From the NCBI GenBank assembly GCA_001781175.1, contig MFKY01000023.1:363-40182 (forward strand): a DNA stretch of 39,820 nt. The letters are read 5' to 3'. The notes below the pieces were generated by a model. That model worked only from the letters and a program-made list of their open reading frames with translations, had not been told where the DNA came from and did not search any database. Positions 39,524 through 39,820 of this stretch are shown here, piece after piece (the stretch's first letter is position 1; each line of letters opens with the position of its first letter). Both the position numbers and the translations under genes were made by a program. This stretch comes from Candidatus Kaiserbacteria bacterium RIFCSPHIGHO2_01_FULL_55_37 (GTDB lineage Bacteria > Patescibacteriota > Minisyncoccia > Phycocordibacterales > UBA2100).

Positions 39524-39552
39524 TTGACATGAGGCAAGAAATATTATAGAAA
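39524..39552 (+). promoter_or_regulatory. Sigma70-like promoter (TTGACA, then TATAGA at 15 nt or TAGAAA at 17 nt)
   Basis: Consensus -35 TTGACA at 39524..39529. An AGGAGA SD at 39569..39574 precedes ATG 39580. Confidence 0.45.
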
Positions 39553-39579
39553 AGTGCGGGGGATGATAGGAGAACTAAG

Positions 39580-39820
39580 ATGAAAGAACTCTTACTATCC
39601 ATGGGCATTAAGTTGCCCGAACAATCTATCCCACATTTCCATGTCCCGGAAGGGGTGTGGATTCTCGCGGCTGCCGTCGTTCTCGGAGCGGTTGCATGGG
39701 CGGCGATACACCATCGCCTCCGCACCCGCTTCGTCGGAACACACCTCCGCCGCCTGCTGAAAAGCGGTGTGGTAACGGCAATTCATTGGGATGGCGACAC
39801 AAAGACGTTGTTTGTCGTCG
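39580..39820 (+). CDS. Hypothetical membrane protein, 5' part only (runs off window)
   Basis: ATG preceded by AGGAGA. 80 open codons reach the window end: MKELLLSMGIKLPEQSIPHFHVPEGVWILAAAVVLGAVAWAAI.... It is not in the ORF track because no stop falls in the window. Confidence 0.55.
   Translation, partial: MKELLLSMGIKLPEQSIPHFHVPEGVWILAAAVVLGAVAWAAIHHRLRTRFVGTHLRRLLKSGVVTAIHWDGDTKTLFVV

Noticed and set aside
1-39820. Alternative genetic code (UGA recoded, as in some candidate phyla)
   Set aside because: Conserved genes (fusA, pilB, pilC, recJ, pgk, tpiA) translate full length with no in-frame TGA, and several well-bounded genes end in TGA (for example 16246 and 16177). Code 11 fits.
1-39820. 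CRISPR arrays, rRNA/tRNA genes, IS elements, integrases, prophage blocks
   Set aside because: No regularly spaced direct repeats, no tRNA cloverleaf candidates in the intergenic regions, and no transposase or recombinase motifs turned up in any ORF I read. The only mobile-element-like signal is the rpsG-end repeat system reported above.

Overview
GC-rich bacterial window using the standard genetic code. It is tightly packed, with about 30 protein genes, roughly 85% on the minus strand. I recognised no rRNA, tRNA, CRISPR array, transposase or integrase.

Layout:
(1) 1..12378: a block of secreted, modular, Cys-containing giant surface proteins (584+ aa partial, 1210, 828 and 623 aa), plus a cupredoxin-like protein and a membrane-anchored Ig/CARDB-like protein. 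These proteins share several unnamed sequence modules.
(2) 12443..17644: the str operon (rpsL-rpsG ... fusA). It is interrupted between rpsG and fusA by two single-gene cassettes, each bounded by a copy of the last 42 nt of rpsG.
(3) 17816..21752: housekeeping and small genes. These are a Tat-signal protein, an M50 protease, rpmB, the ComEC-type MBL domain as a separate gene, a Fe/Mn SOD and small ORFs.
(4) 21815..26558: a structured intergenic element, a membrane protein, ComEC channel part, rnhA, recJ and a HIT protein.
(5) 26644..28562: pgk-tpiA.
(6) 28747..39447: a type IV pilus operon (pilB ... pilC, three prepilin-like minor pilins). It has a DUF2339-like polytopic protein, a thrombospondin-type-3-repeat protein and a small membrane protein inserted between pilB and pilC.

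Many operon-leading genes carry a TAnnnT hexamer 6-9 nt upstream of the ATG and no Shine-Dalgarno, which suggests leaderless mRNAs.

The gene content (T4P, ComEC, RecJ, giant adhesin-like proteins, compact spacing) suggests a Patescibacteria/CPR-like or similarly reduced organism. That is inference only. All family calls come from motif recognition by eye; no searches were run.
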